This document shows, piece after piece, positions 43,973-55,251 of a DNA stretch of 64,000 bases (position 1 is its first letter; every line of letters starts with the position of its first letter). The notes under the pieces were generated by a model. The model was not told the origin of the DNA, made no database searches, and saw only the letters and a program-made list of their open reading frames with translations. The position numbers and the translations under genes were made by a program. Source of the DNA: Pseudomonadota bacterium (lineage in GTDB: Bacteria > Pseudomonadota > Gammaproteobacteria > Burkholderiales > Burkholderiaceae_C); NCBI GenBank assembly GCA_030538605.1, contig JAUNTQ010000007.1:10259-74258 (forward strand), given 5' to 3'.

Positions 43973-44247
43973 GACGCTCGATTTCCTTCCTGATGCCAAC
44001 GTGCCTGCGCAGGCCGAATGCCCTTGCCTTGGTGCCGTTGATCTTGTTGATTTTAGATACACTTTCACACGCCGCCGAGCCGTCATGCAGGTCAAACAGG
44101 GGGGTATAAGACTTTTTAGCTCGTCTAGCCTACGCTAGCGGCCATCATGCTGGGGAGTATGAGTCGATTCGCCCCGCTCATCTTGCAGAGCGGCCATCTG
44201 CGTGCGCGTGGCGGCACGGCCAGGCAAGCAAAGGGCTGCGGTGCCCT

Positions 44248-45279
44248 TCAATCGAACTTTACGCGCGGATCGACCCACACGTAGCACAGGTCGCTGACGA
44301 GCTTGGTCAGCAGGCCGATCAGCGTGAACAGATACAGCGTGCCCAGCACCACCGGGTAGTCGCGCCGGATGACGCTCTCGTAACTCAGCAGCCCCAGCCC
44401 GTCGAGCGAGAACAGCGTCTCGATCAGCAGCGCGCCGGTGAAGAACGCACCGATGAAGGCCGCCGGAAAGCCCGTCACCAGCGGAATCAGCGCGTTGCGA
44501 AACACGTGCTTGTAAAGCACCTGCCGCTCAGACAAGCCCTTGGCCCGCGCCGTCAGCACGTATTGCTTGCGGATTTCTTCCAGGAAAGAGTTCTTCGTCA
44601 GCATGGCCGTCACGGCAAAGCTGCCCAGCACCATCGCGGTGACGGGCAGCGTGATGTGCCACAGGTAATCGACTATTTTTCCGCCCCAGCTCAACTCGTC
44701 CCAGTTGGCCGATGTCAGCCCGCGCAGCGGAAACCATTGCAGTTGACCGCCAAAAATCACCAGCAGCGCCACGCCCAGCACAAAGCCCGGAATGGCGTAG
44801 CCCACCAGCACCACGAGCGTGGTGATGAAGTCAAAGCGCGAGCCTGCACGCACCGCCTTGGCCACGCCCAGCGGCACGCTGATGCCGTAGCTGATGAAAA
44901 ACGTCCACAGCCCCAGGCTGATGGACACGGGCAGCTTTTCCTTGACGAGTTCCCACACGTCCTTGTTCTGGAAAAAGCTGCGCCCCAGGTCAAACCGCGC
45001 GAACTGCCCCAGCATCTGCACGAAGCGCTCGTGCGCGGGCTTGTCAAAGCCGTAGAGCTGCTTGATTTCTTCAAGCCGCCGCGCATCCACCCCCTGCGCG
45101 CCCTGATAGGCCATGCCCCCGCCCTCGGCGGCCATGCCGCCCGCGCCCGCGCGCGCCTCGGCCAGGTACTGCTCCACCGGCCCGCCCGGCACGAACTGGA
45201 TCACGACGAACGTCAACAGCAGCACGCCCAGCAGCGTGGGAATCATCAGCAGCAGGCGCTTGAGGATGTAGGCAGACAT
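44248..45279 (-). CDS. ABC transporter permease (YejB/OppB-like)
   Basis: MSAYILKRLLLMIPTLLGVLLLTFVVIQFVP canonical OppB-type N-terminus. Confidence 0.8.
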   Translation of the reverse strand: MSAYILKRLLLMIPTLLGVLLLTFVVIQFVPGGPVEQYLAEARAGAGGMAAEGGGMAYQGAQGVDARRLEEIKQLYGFDKPAHERFVQMLGQFARFDLGRSFFQNKDVWELVKEKLPVSISLGLWTFFISYGISVPLGVAKAVRAGSRFDFITTLVVLVGYAIPGFVLGVALLVIFGGQLQWFPLRGLTSANWDELSWGGKIVDYLWHITLPVTAMVLGSFAVTAMLTKNSFLEEIRKQYVLTARAKGLSERQVLYKHVFRNALIPLVTGFPAAFIGAFFTGALLIETLFSLDGLGLLSYESVIRRDYPVVLGTLYLFTLIGLLTKLVSDLCYVWVDPRVKFD

Positions 45280-45313
45280 GGTGCCCCGAGCTTACAGCGG
45301 CACCGGGCAGCGT

Positions 45314-45988
45314 CTAGCCGACCAGCTCGGCGGGCCAGTGCAGCGCCACGCCGTGCTGCGCGGCCAGTTGCTGGCGCGCGGCTTCGTCGTCCACATCCAG
45401 CGTGCAGCGGGGGTGATCGAGCGCCAGCGCCTGCACCTGGGCCGGGTGGGTGCGCCGCCAGTCGCGCACTGCCCTGCCCTGCATGACGGCGCTGCGCACC
45501 AGCGGCCCCAGCACCAGCGGATGGCCCGGCTGGCCTGCGTGCGTGGGCAAGACCAGTTGCACCGCCGGTGCGCGCGCGTGCCACACGTGCTGCATGGTCA
45601 GCAGGTCACCCGGCGTGAGCAGGGGCTGGTCGGCCAGCAGCACCATCACGCCGCCCACGTCAGCAGGCAGGGCGGCCAGCGCGCAGCGCAGCGACGAGGC
45701 CACGCCCCCCGCATCCGGCGCGGGGTTGACGGCCACACACAGGTGGGCGGGCACATGCGGGCTGCCGCGCGCTTGCAGCGCTGCCAGCACGGGCGCAATG
45801 CGCCCGGCGTGGTGGCCCAGCGCCACGGCCACGTGGGCCACGCCCGTTTCATGCAGCAGGCGCAACTGGCGGGCAATGAGCGGCTCGCCGCCGCGCGTGA
45901 GCAGGCACTTGGGCCGATGGCCGAAGCGGCGGCCCGCGCCTGCGGCCAGCACCACGGCGGCCAGCGGTGCATCGGGCGCAGCGGGCAT
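45314..45988 (-). CDS. mocA: Molybdenum cofactor cytidylyltransferase (MocA/MobA-like NTP transferase)
   Basis: AAVVLAAGAGRRFG nucleotidyltransferase motif; start overlaps the xdhC stop. Confidence 0.65.
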   Translation of the reverse strand: MPAAPDAPLAAVVLAAGAGRRFGHRPKCLLTRGGEPLIARQLRLLHETGVAHVAVALGHHAGRIAPVLAALQARGSPHVPAHLCVAVNPAPDAGGVASSLRCALAALPADVGGVMVLLADQPLLTPGDLLTMQHVWHARAPAVQLVLPTHAGQPGHPLVLGPLVRSAVMQGRAVRDWRRTHPAQVQALALDHPRCTLDVDDEAARQQLAAQHGVALHWPAELVG

Positions 45989-47031
45989 CACTGGCGCGTT
46001 GCGCAGGCGGCCTGGTCTGCGGCTGCCGCCAGGCGGTCTTTGACGTGTGCCACATTCAGCTCGCGCGGCAGCGCCACGGCGTTTTTCACGGCCAGCACCT
46101 CGGCCATGATGCTCACGGCGATTTCGGGCGGGGTCTTGCTGCCGATGAAGATGCCCACGGGGCCGCGCAGCGCGGCCAGGCTGGCCTCGGTCTGGCCGAA
46201 GTGCTCGATCAGCCGCGCGCGCCGCGCGGCGTGGTTGCGGCGGCTGCCAATGGCACCGATGTAGAACGCGGGCGTGTGCAGCGCTTCGAGCAGCGCCAGG
46301 TCGTCGAGCTTGGGGTCGTGCGTGAGCGCGACGATGCAGGTGCGCGCGTCGGGCTGCATGGCGCTGACCACATCGTCGGGCATGTCGGCAACGAGGCGCA
46401 CGCCGGGCACGGCCCAGCCGCCGGTGTACTCGCTTCGCGGGTCGCACACGGTGACGGCAAAACCGCTGAACAGCGCCATCGTGGCGAGGTATTCGCTCAT
46501 CTGCCCCGCGCCGATGATGAGCATGCGGTAGGCGGGGCCGAAGGTGTTGGTGAGCGTGGTGTCGCTCACTTGCAGCTCGGCGGGGGCGTCGGCAACGTGC
46601 AGGCTGACGCGGCCATCGGCCAGCCGCAGGCTGCGCTGCACCAGGCGGCCGTGGTCCAGCGCGCGCACCAGCTCATCGAGACTGGCGGCATCGGGGTTGA
46701 ACTCCAGCAGCAGCTCCAGCGTGCCGCCGCAGGGCAGGCCAAAGCGGTGGGCCTCGTCGGCGGTGATGCCGTAGCGCATGCGCTGGGGTTGGCCCTCGCG
46801 CGGCAGCGCATCGGCCGCATCGGCGCGCACATAGCGGGCGATCAAGTCATCCTCGATGCAGCCGCCTGAAACAGAGCCGACTACCGCGCCGCTCTCGCTC
46901 AAGGCCATGACCGAGCCGACAGGCCGCGGCGACGAACCCCAGGTGCGCACCACCGTGACCAGAAGCGCCTGCTGGCTGGCCGCGCGCCAGTCGCGCAGCG
47001 CGCGCAGCACAGTGACGTCGAGGTTTTCCAT
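45988..47031 (-). CDS. XdhC/CoxI-family molybdoenzyme maturation factor
   Basis: Two-domain XdhC architecture, VVRTWGSSPRPVGSVMAL... Confidence 0.75.
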   Translation of the reverse strand: MENLDVTVLRALRDWRAASQQALLVTVVRTWGSSPRPVGSVMALSESGAVVGSVSGGCIEDDLIARYVRADAADALPREGQPQRMRYGITADEAHRFGLPCGGTLELLLEFNPDAASLDELVRALDHGRLVQRSLRLADGRVSLHVADAPAELQVSDTTLTNTFGPAYRMLIIGAGQMSEYLATMALFSGFAVTVCDPRSEYTGGWAVPGVRLVADMPDDVVSAMQPDARTCIVALTHDPKLDDLALLEALHTPAFYIGAIGSRRNHAARRARLIEHFGQTEASLAALRGPVGIFIGSKTPPEIAVSIMAEVLAVKNAVALPRELNVAHVKDRLAAAADQAACATRQ

Positions 47032-47268
47032 GAGCTACTCCTTATCGAGACAGCCGAAACCGAACGGCAGGAAGCGAAGGACGCGAAGGACGCGAAAAAC
47101 AGCCATTGAAAGAAACACAAAAATATAGCTATCAGCGCTTTATGAATAAGCGCAGACGGGCAATTTCATGAAGATCATCCTGAATTCTTTCGCGTCTCTC
47201 GCGTCTGTCGCGTCTTTCGCGAACCTTTTTCGTTCTTCGCGTCCGGCTGTTTGGCTTTCTGACAAGCA

Positions 47269-47826
47269 TCACGCAGCCGCATCTTCCTTGCCGCCGCCCG
47301 TCAGCTTGCCCCACATTTTCTTGAGCTTGCCTGGCTCTTCGGTTTTATCGTCGGGCGGCGGGCCGTGGCGGCGGCTCATCTCCTCGTCGAAGCGCTTGAA
47401 AAAGCTCTCGGCCATGGACTTGGCCACGCCGTCCACCAGGCGCTGGCCCACTTGCGCGATCTTGCCGCCTACGCTGGCGTTGGCCGTGTAGCTCAGCTCG
47501 CAGCCCTCGCCCTCGCCCTTGCCTTCAGGCTGCGGCGTGAGCACCACTTGCGCGCTGCCCTTGCCAAAGCCCGCCGCGCCGCCGTTGCCCTCGAAGTGGA
47601 TGGTGTAGCGCTCGGGGGCCTGGATGTCGGCCAGTTGCAGCTTGCCCTTGAAGCGTGCGGCCACGGGGCCGACCTTGATGGCGTTGGTGAGTTCGTAGGC
47701 GTCATCGCCCGTGGCTTCTATGCTTTCGCAACCGGGGATGCAGAGCTTGAGCACTTCGGGGTCGTTCAGCGCTGCCCACGCCTGTTGTTGCGTGACGGCC
47801 AGCACTCTGCTGCCTTGCATGTCCAT
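47269..47826 (-). CDS. coxG: CoxG-like SRPBCC protein
   Basis: LKLCIPGCESIEATGDD... CoxG family pattern. Confidence 0.7.
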   Translation of the reverse strand: MDMQGSRVLAVTQQQAWAALNDPEVLKLCIPGCESIEATGDDAYELTNAIKVGPVAARFKGKLQLADIQAPERYTIHFEGNGGAAGFGKGSAQVVLTPQPEGKGEGEGCELSYTANASVGGKIAQVGQRLVDGVAKSMAESFFKRFDEEMSRRHGPPPDDKTEEPGKLKKMWGKLTGGGKEDAAA

Positions 47827-47849
47827 GAGGGATCTCCTTTTTTTCCAGG

Positions 47850-49058
47850 CTATTTTTCGATGAGCGTTGCGATGCTGCCCGCCAGCGCTTGCAAGCTGGC
47901 CAGGTTGTGCACGGCCAGCATGCCGTCGGCCGCGCGGTGGAGCTGGGCCGCACCGCGCGCGGTGGGCGCGTAACCGTCAAAGCGCAGCAGCGGGTTGAGC
48001 CACAAGAGGCGGCGCGTGTGGCGTTTGAGCCAGGCCAGCTCGCGCGCCAGTTCCTGCGGCTCGCCGGTGTCCAGCCCGTCGCTGACGATGAGCACCAGCG
48101 TGCGGCGGCCCACGAGGCGACGCGCGTGCTGCTGGCGCAGCGCGGCCAGCGCACTGCCCAGGCGCGTGCCGCCCGCAAAGTCGCTGATGGCCGCACTGGC
48201 GGCGGTGAGCATGGCGTCGGTGTCTTGCAGGGCAAAGGCGGGCGTCAGGTCGGTGAGCTGGGTGCCGAAGGCGAACACGTCGCGCCGCATGCGCTGGCCC
48301 TGTGTGCGCCCTTGCCCGCGCCGCGTGGCAGCATGCAAGAAGGCGAGCAGCAGACGCGCGTAGCGCTCCATCGAGCCAGACACATCCACCAGCACCAGCA
48401 GCGGCAGGGGCTGCGCGCGGCGTTGCAGGCGGCGCAGCGCCATCACTTCGCCGCCGGTGTGCATGGCCGCTTGCAGGGTTCGGCCCCAGTGCACGCGCTG
48501 GCCGCGCCAGCCCGCACGCACGCGGCGGCTGGGCACCACGGGTACGGGCAGGGGCACATCGCGGGCCAGCCGCTCGATGAGGGCAAATTCGCTGGCAGAA
48601 AGCTGGTTGAAATCGGCCTGGCGCAGGCGCTCGGCGCGGCTGGCGGTCATGGCGGCGTCGAGCTGGATTTCCTCTTGCGGCCTGTCACGCTTTGCCTGCT
48701 GCGCGCGCTGCGGTTGCAGGGCTTCGCGCACGCGCGGGCGCTGGCGCGGCTCAGACGGTGCATCTGCGCGCGGCAGCATTTGCGCGAGCAGCTTGTGGGC
48801 AAGCTCGGGGTCTTTGAAAAAGGCGCTGAACAGCTCGCGGAACACCGCGCGGTCGCCCTCGCGGCTGATGAGCACGGCTTCGAGCGCGGCGGCCACGTCT
48901 GGCTTGCGGCCCAGGTCAATGCATTGCAGCGCCTGCTGCGCGAGCGCGATGCGCGCCGCATCCACCGGCACACCGGCGCGGCGCAGCGTGCGGCCAAATG
49001 CGGCCACGTTGGCGGCCAGCTTGCCGGTGCGGGCATCACCGAGGAGCGTCGTGCTCAT
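47850..49058 (-). CDS. coxE: VWA-domain protein (CoxE-like)
   Basis: von Willebrand A MIDAS region LLVLVDVSGSM. Confidence 0.75.
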   Translation of the reverse strand: MSTTLLGDARTGKLAANVAAFGRTLRRAGVPVDAARIALAQQALQCIDLGRKPDVAAALEAVLISREGDRAVFRELFSAFFKDPELAHKLLAQMLPRADAPSEPRQRPRVREALQPQRAQQAKRDRPQEEIQLDAAMTASRAERLRQADFNQLSASEFALIERLARDVPLPVPVVPSRRVRAGWRGQRVHWGRTLQAAMHTGGEVMALRRLQRRAQPLPLLVLVDVSGSMERYARLLLAFLHAATRRGQGRTQGQRMRRDVFAFGTQLTDLTPAFALQDTDAMLTAASAAISDFAGGTRLGSALAALRQQHARRLVGRRTLVLIVSDGLDTGEPQELARELAWLKRHTRRLLWLNPLLRFDGYAPTARGAAQLHRAADGMLAVHNLASLQALAGSIATLIEK

Positions 49059-49069
49059 GGGTGCCTTTT

Positions 49070-49167
49070 GTTCACCGCAGAGGCGCAGAGAACGCCGAGC
49101 TTCGCAGAGCAAACACCCGCTTCAATTCTCTGCGGAACTCTGCGTTCTCTGCGTCTCTGCGGTGAAG
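49070..49167. repeat. REP-like inverted repeat family B, copy 2
   Basis: TTCACCGCAGAGGCGCAGAGAACGC ... GCGTTCTCTGCGTCTCTGCGGTGAAG. Confidence 0.65.
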
Positions 49168-49176
49168 AATGAGCGT

Positions 49177-50082
<906 letters not shown>

Positions 50083-50086
50083 TTTT

Positions 50087-50172
50087 ATAGCTGCTTGCGC
50101 ACGTTATAAAACAATTTCAGATGGTTTTATACCTATAACTGTTTTATATCGTGCGCAAGTAGCTACTTTTTT
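50087..50172. repeat. Palindromic AT-loop element copy 3
   Basis: ATAGCTGCTTGCGCACG ... CGTGCGCAAGTAGCT with an AT-rich loop, T-run downstream; between coxM stop and coxD start. Confidence 0.65.
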
Positions 50173-50962
50173 ATTGCAAAGCTTTCGCCACCGCCCGCTG
50201 CGCCATCACGCAAACCAGGTGCGCACGGTAGTCGGCGCTGCCGTGCAGGTCGCCGTTGATCTCGCTCGCGTCGGTGGTGATGCCGGCGATGGCTTCGGGC
50301 GTGAAGCTCTTGGCCAGCGCTTCTTCCATCGCCGTGTGCCGGAACACGCCGTTGCCACCGCCCGTGACGGCCACGCGCACGCCGTCTGCCGTCTGCGCGA
50401 CGAACACGCCGATCAGCGCGAACAGCGAGGCGGGCTGGCGGAACTTGATGTAGGCGGCGCGCTGCGGTTTGGCAAAGCGCACGGCGGTGATGAGTTCGCC
50501 CTCTTGCAGCGCGGTGGCGAACATGCCTTGAAAGTAATCGTCGGCGGCGATCTCGCGCTGGTCGGTGATGACCGTTGCGCGCAGCGCCAGCACGGCGGCG
50601 GGGTAATCGGCGGCGGGGTCGTTGTTGGCCAGCGAGCCGCCGATGGTGCCCATGGCGCGCACCTGCTTGTCGCCGATGCCATCGGCCAACGCAGCGAGTG
50701 CGGGGATCAGCGCCTTGACGTCGGCGTTGCTCGCCACATCGGCATGCCGCGTCATGGCGCCGATGACGACGGCGTCGCCCTCCTGGCGCACACCGGCCAG
50801 TTCTTTCACGCCGCCCAAATCGACCAGTTGCTCAGGGCTTGCCAGGCGCAGCTTCATCGAGGCGAGCAGGGTTTGCCCACCGGCCAGCAGCTGGCCGCCC
50901 GCCTGCACGAGCTTGAGGGCGTCGGCCTGCGATGCGGGGCGTTCAAAGGTGAATGCGTACAT
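50171..50962 (-). CDS. coxM: CO-dehydrogenase-family medium (FAD-binding) subunit
   Basis: 263 aa, FAD-binding PCMH-type domain pattern. Confidence 0.8.
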   Translation of the reverse strand: MYAFTFERPASQADALKLVQAGGQLLAGGQTLLASMKLRLASPEQLVDLGGVKELAGVRQEGDAVVIGAMTRHADVASNADVKALIPALAALADGIGDKQVRAMGTIGGSLANNDPAADYPAAVLALRATVITDQREIAADDYFQGMFATALQEGELITAVRFAKPQRAAYIKFRQPASLFALIGVFVAQTADGVRVAVTGGGNGVFRHTAMEEALAKSFTPEAIAGITTDASEINGDLHGSADYRAHLVCVMAQRAVAKALQ

Positions 50963-51067
50963 GTGTGTCTCCTTGAATCGAATGACAAATGACGGATGAC
51001 TTCGCTGCGCTTCGATGACAAGGTTCTTTTGTCATGGGTCATGCGAGCGCCAGCGAGCGGTCATTGG

Positions 51068-53440
51068 TCATCCGCGCGCCTGTTGAATCGCTTGCCACAC
51101 GCGGTGTGGCGTGGCGGGCATGTCGATGTCGGTCACGCCCAGCGGTTTGAGTGCGTCGAGCACGGCGTTGATGACGGCGGGCGGCGAGCCGATGGCACCG
51201 GCTTCGCCGCAGCCCTTGCTGCCGATGGGGTTGTGCGTGCAGGGGGTGCAGACGTGGCCGAGCTTGAACTCGGGGAAGTCGGCCGCGCGCGGCATGGTGT
51301 AGTCCATGTAGCTGCCGGTGAGCAACTGGCCGCTTTGGGGGTCGTACACGCCGTGCTCCAGCAGCGCCTGGCCGATGCCCTGCACCAGGCCGCCGTGTAC
51401 CTGGCCTTCGACGATCATGGGGTTGATGATGACGCCGAAGTCGTCCACCGCCGTGAAGCGGTCCACACGCACCACGCCGGTGTCGGGATCGACTTCCACC
51501 TCGCAGATGTAGGTGCCTGCGGGATAGGTGAAGTTGGTGGGGTCGTAGAAGGCGGTTTCGTTCAGGCCCGGCTCCAGCTTGTCGAGCGGGTAGTTGTGCG
51601 GCACGTAGGCCGTGAGCGCGACTTGCGCGAAGGGGATCTTCTTGTCGGTGCCCCTCACGGTGAATTCGCCATCGGCAAAGTCGATGTCGGCATCGCTCGC
51701 TTCCATCAAATGCGCGGCGATTTTCTTGGCCTTGGCCTCGATCTTGTCGAGCGCCTTCATGATGGCTGTGCCGCCCACGCTCAGGCTGCGGCTGCCGTAG
51801 GTGCCCATGCCGAAGGGCACGCGGCCTGTGTCGCCGTGCACCACGTCTACCTGGCCCGGGTCGATGCCCAGCCGCGCGGCCACCAACTGGGCAAACGTGG
51901 TCTCGTGGCCCTGGCCGTGGCTGTGCGAGCCGGTGAACACCGTCACGCTGCCCGTGGGATGCACGCGCACCTCGCCGCATTCAAACAGACCCGCGCGCGC
52001 GCCCAGCGCCCCCGCGACGTTGCTGGGGGCCAGGCCGCAGGCTTCGATGTAGCTGCTGTAGCCCATGCCGCGCCTCAGGCCCTTGGCTTCTGACGCCTGC
52101 TTGCGCGCCTGGTAGCCCGCCACGTCGGCCAGCTCTTGCGCCTGGGCCATGCAGGCAGGGTAGTCGCCGATGTCGTATTGCAGCGCCACCGGCGTCTGGT
52201 ACGGAAAGCTGGTGATGAAGTTGCGCCGACGGATCTCGTCTTGCGACAAGCCCATGTCCCAGGCGCAGCGGGTGACCAGGCGCTCGACCAGGTAGGTAGC
52301 CTCGGGACGACCCGCGCCGCGATAGGCATCCACGGGCGCGGTGCTGGTGAACCAGCCGTCCACCTCTACGTAAATCTGCGGCGTGGCGTATTGCCCGGCG
52401 AGCAGCGTGCCGTAGAGGATGGTGGGCACGCTGCTGGCAAAGGTGGACAGGTAGGCACCCAGATTGGCGTCGGTGTGCACGCGCATGGCGAGGAACTTGC
52501 CTTCACTGTCCATCGCCATTTCGGCGTGGCTGATGTGGTCGCGCCCGTGCGCGTCGGACAAGAAGGATTCGCTGCGCTCGGCCGTCCACTTGATGGCGCA
52601 ATGGAGTTGCCTGGCAGCCCAGGTCAGCGCCACATCTTCGGCATACAGAAAGATCTTGGAGCCAAAGCCGCCACCCACGTCCGGCGCAATCACGCGCACC
52701 TTGTGCTCGGGCAGTTGCAGCACGAAGGCGGTCATCAGCAGGCGTTCGACGTGCGGGTTCTGGTTGGACACGTACAGCACGTATTCATCGCTCGCACGGT
52801 TGTAGCTGGCGTTGGCTGCGCGCGGCTCCATCGCGTTGGGGATGAGACGGTTGTTGGTGATGTCCAGCTTCGTCACGTGCGCCGCCTTGGCAAAGGCCTC
52901 GTCCACCGCCGCCTTGTCGCCCAGCGTCCATTTGTAGCAGTGGTTGTCGGGCGCCTCGTCGTGCAGCGCGGGGCCGTTTTTGGCGGTGCGCATGTCGATG
53001 ACGGGGCCAAGCACCTCGTAATCGACTTCCACGCGCTCTGCCGCGTCCTTGGCTTGTTGCAAGGTGCCCGCCACCACCATGGCCACGTGGTCGCCCACGT
53101 AGCGCACCTTGGTGTGCGCCAGGATGGGGTGTGGCGGCTCCTTCATGGGGCTGCCGTCGGGGTTGTTGATGAGCCAGCCGCAGGGCAGACCGCCCATCTT
53201 GCCTTCCATGTCCTTGCCGGTGAAGATTTTCACCACGCCGGGCATCTTCGAGGCCTCGGCAACGTCTACACTTTTAATAGCAGCATGCGCATGCGGGCTG
53301 CGCACAAACACCGCATACTTCTGTTTTGCCTGCGTGATGTCGTCGGTGTATTGCCCTGCGCCGGTCAGAAAACGTTCGTCCTCCTTGCGCTTGAGCGACT
53401 CGCCGATGTGCGGCAGCTTGGCAAACTCGTTGGCACCCAT
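51068..53440 (-). CDS. coxL: Molybdopterin CO-dehydrogenase-family large subunit, form II (AYRGAGR)
   Basis: Active-site loop [14 protein letters not shown] (form II signature, not form I AYXCSFR); AAGGAG RBS. Confidence 0.85.
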   Translation of the reverse strand: MGANEFAKLPHIGESLKRKEDERFLTGAGQYTDDITQAKQKYAVFVRSPHAHAAIKSVDVAEASKMPGVVKIFTGKDMEGKMGGLPCGWLINNPDGSPMKEPPHPILAHTKVRYVGDHVAMVVAGTLQQAKDAAERVEVDYEVLGPVIDMRTAKNGPALHDEAPDNHCYKWTLGDKAAVDEAFAKAAHVTKLDITNNRLIPNAMEPRAANASYNRASDEYVLYVSNQNPHVERLLMTAFVLQLPEHKVRVIAPDVGGGFGSKIFLYAEDVALTWAARQLHCAIKWTAERSESFLSDAHGRDHISHAEMAMDSEGKFLAMRVHTDANLGAYLSTFASSVPTILYGTLLAGQYATPQIYVEVDGWFTSTAPVDAYRGAGRPEATYLVERLVTRCAWDMGLSQDEIRRRNFITSFPYQTPVALQYDIGDYPACMAQAQELADVAGYQARKQASEAKGLRRGMGYSSYIEACGLAPSNVAGALGARAGLFECGEVRVHPTGSVTVFTGSHSHGQGHETTFAQLVAARLGIDPGQVDVVHGDTGRVPFGMGTYGSRSLSVGGTAIMKALDKIEAKAKKIAAHLMEASDADIDFADGEFTVRGTDKKIPFAQVALTAYVPHNYPLDKLEPGLNETAFYDPTNFTYPAGTYICEVEVDPDTGVVRVDRFTAVDDFGVIINPMIVEGQVHGGLVQGIGQALLEHGVYDPQSGQLLTGSYMDYTMPRAADFPEFKLGHVCTPCTHNPIGSKGCGEAGAIGSPPAVINAVLDALKPLGVTDIDMPATPHRVWQAIQQARG

Positions 53441-53441
53441 G

Positions 53442-53912
53442 TCACGCTCCTTGCATGGCGCCCTGCGCCTGTTGAACCGCCTTGACGATGTTCTGGTAGC
53501 CCGTGCAGCGGCAGATGTTGCCTTCGAGCTGTTCGCGAATCTCGGCCTCGCTCGCATCGGGGTGGTGCGCCAGCAGATCAACCGCGCTCATCACCATGCC
53601 GGTGGTGCAAAAGCCGCATTGCAGGCCGTGGCAATCCTTGAAGGCGGCCTGCATCGGGTGCATGCTGCCGTCGCCCGCGGCCAAGCCTTCGATGGTGGTG
53701 ACTTCGGCACCCTGCATCTGCGCGGCCAGCACGTTGCAGGCCTTGACGGCGCGGTCGCCCACGATGACGGTGCACGCGCCACACTGCGCGGTGTCGCAGC
53801 CGACGTGGGTGCCGGTCAGTTGCAGCGTCTCGCGCAGCAGTTGCACCAGCAAGGTGTTTTCGGGCACGTCGGCGCTGACGGGCCGTCCGTTGACGGTAAG
53901 TTCCACTTTCAT
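53442..53912 (-). CDS. coxS: 2Fe-2S small subunit of the CO-dehydrogenase family
   Basis: CGxCxGCxnC ferredoxin-type and CxxC second cluster motifs. Confidence 0.85.
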   Translation of the reverse strand: MKVELTVNGRPVSADVPENTLLVQLLRETLQLTGTHVGCDTAQCGACTVIVGDRAVKACNVLAAQMQGAEVTTIEGLAAGDGSMHPMQAAFKDCHGLQCGFCTTGMVMSAVDLLAHHPDASEAEIREQLEGNICRCTGYQNIVKAVQQAQGAMQGA

Positions 53913-54025
53913 CGGGGTGTCTCCTGGCTTTTGTCGTTTGGTGCAAGAATTCTTGAAAGCCAGCAGGTTCGCGCCGCTAGGGCAAACCCTGCACTTCAGC
54001 CCACCCCACGCATGAAAATCTCAGA

Positions 54026-55135
54026 TTGAGACAACGCCCGCGCCTTGCCATGCAGCCCGACCAGCGACTGAGACAAATCCAGCAGGCCCGCCAGGCGGTG
54101 CTGTCCGATGGCGCGCCTGCCGCGGCCCTGGCCGACCGCGCGTGGGTGGAGCAGTCGTGGCGGCGCTGCCTGGCGCGCGGGCAGCGGCCCGAGGCCGAGG
54201 TGCAGTTCAACCCCGTGCCGCGCGGCGCTGGCCGGCGCGCGCAAGAAGCGCACCACGGCCTGCTCACCGCGGCCGCGCCCGAATTGCAGCGGCTGGCGCG
54301 CACCGTGGCCCCCATTGGCTACTTTGCGCTGCTGACCGACGCCGCAGGCTGCGTGCTGGACGTGGCCGGGGCCATCGACGCGGGCGACCGCCACGCCAGC
54401 GCCATTGCCCGCGTGGGCGTGGATTTGTCCGAGCCAGGCATCGGCACCAGCGCCATCGGCGCGGCCCTCAGCGAGCAGCGCCCGGTGTGGCTGCACCGGG
54501 GCGAGCATTTTTTCGAGCAGACCAGCGTCTACAGCTGTGCGGGTGCGCCGCTGCTGGGCCCCACGGGCGAATGCGTGGGCATGATCGACCTCACCGGCAT
54601 CCACGCCGCCGAGCGGCCCGAGCTGCAACACCTGCTGGCGCGCAGCGCCCGCGCGGTGGAAGACGCGCTGCTGCGCGCCAGCGCCCACGCCCTGTGCCTG
54701 CGCCTGGCCTGGCCGCACGCGCCCAGCGGCGAAGGCGCACGCGCCCTGGTCTGCCTGGACGAGGGCGGCACCATCACCGGCTGCAACACCCCCGCCCGCC
54801 TGATGCTGCCCGGCCTGCGCGCGCTGGCCCACGGCCCGCTGCACGCCAGCGACGTGTTCGCCCTGCCCTGGGCCAGCCTGTTCGACCTGGCGCGGCAGCA
54901 CGCGGCGGCCCTGGTGCCCCTGTGCAGCGGCCTGCACGTGCAGGCGCGCGCGCACCGCAGCGACAGCGCCACACAGCCCCTGCTCAAGACCTTGCAGGCG
55001 GGCCTGATCCAGCAGACGCTGCGCCAGTCCGGCGGCAACGTGAGCGAGGCCGCGCGCCTTCTGGGCGTGAGCCGCGCCACGCTTTACCGCCGCCTGGCCG
55101 GCAGCCGCAGCGCGCCGCCCGCGCGTGACGCCTGA
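54026..55135 (+). CDS. GAF-domain/Fis-type HTH transcriptional regulator
   Basis: C-terminal HTH_8 LLGVSRATLYRRL; N-terminal GAF-like region; divergent from coxS. Confidence 0.6.
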   Translation: MRQRPRLAMQPDQRLRQIQQARQAVLSDGAPAAALADRAWVEQSWRRCLARGQRPEAEVQFNPVPRGAGRRAQEAHHGLLTAAAPELQRLARTVAPIGYFALLTDAAGCVLDVAGAIDAGDRHASAIARVGVDLSEPGIGTSAIGAALSEQRPVWLHRGEHFFEQTSVYSCAGAPLLGPTGECVGMIDLTGIHAAERPELQHLLARSARAVEDALLRASAHALCLRLAWPHAPSGEGARALVCLDEGGTITGCNTPARLMLPGLRALAHGPLHASDVFALPWASLFDLARQHAAALVPLCSGLHVQARAHRSDSATQPLLKTLQAGLIQQTLRQSGGNVSEAARLLGVSRATLYRRLAGSRSAPPARDA

Positions 55136-55251
55136 AGGCCCAGGCGCCAAAGTGAGGCGCCACAAAACCCGACCGCTACACTGAGCGCCGTTTTTCACGC
55201 CGCCCCGCCCCTGCCGCCGCCACCTTTCGCGCGCGCCCTGCGCCACCTGCC

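Noticed and set aside
53940-53990. Possible sigma-54 promoter (TGGC...TTGCA) in the coxS/regulator divergent region
   Set aside because: The GG-to-GC spacing is about 15 nt instead of the required 10 nt, and the regulator lacks a sigma-54 AAA+ activator domain. It is retained only as a dyad-symmetry note.
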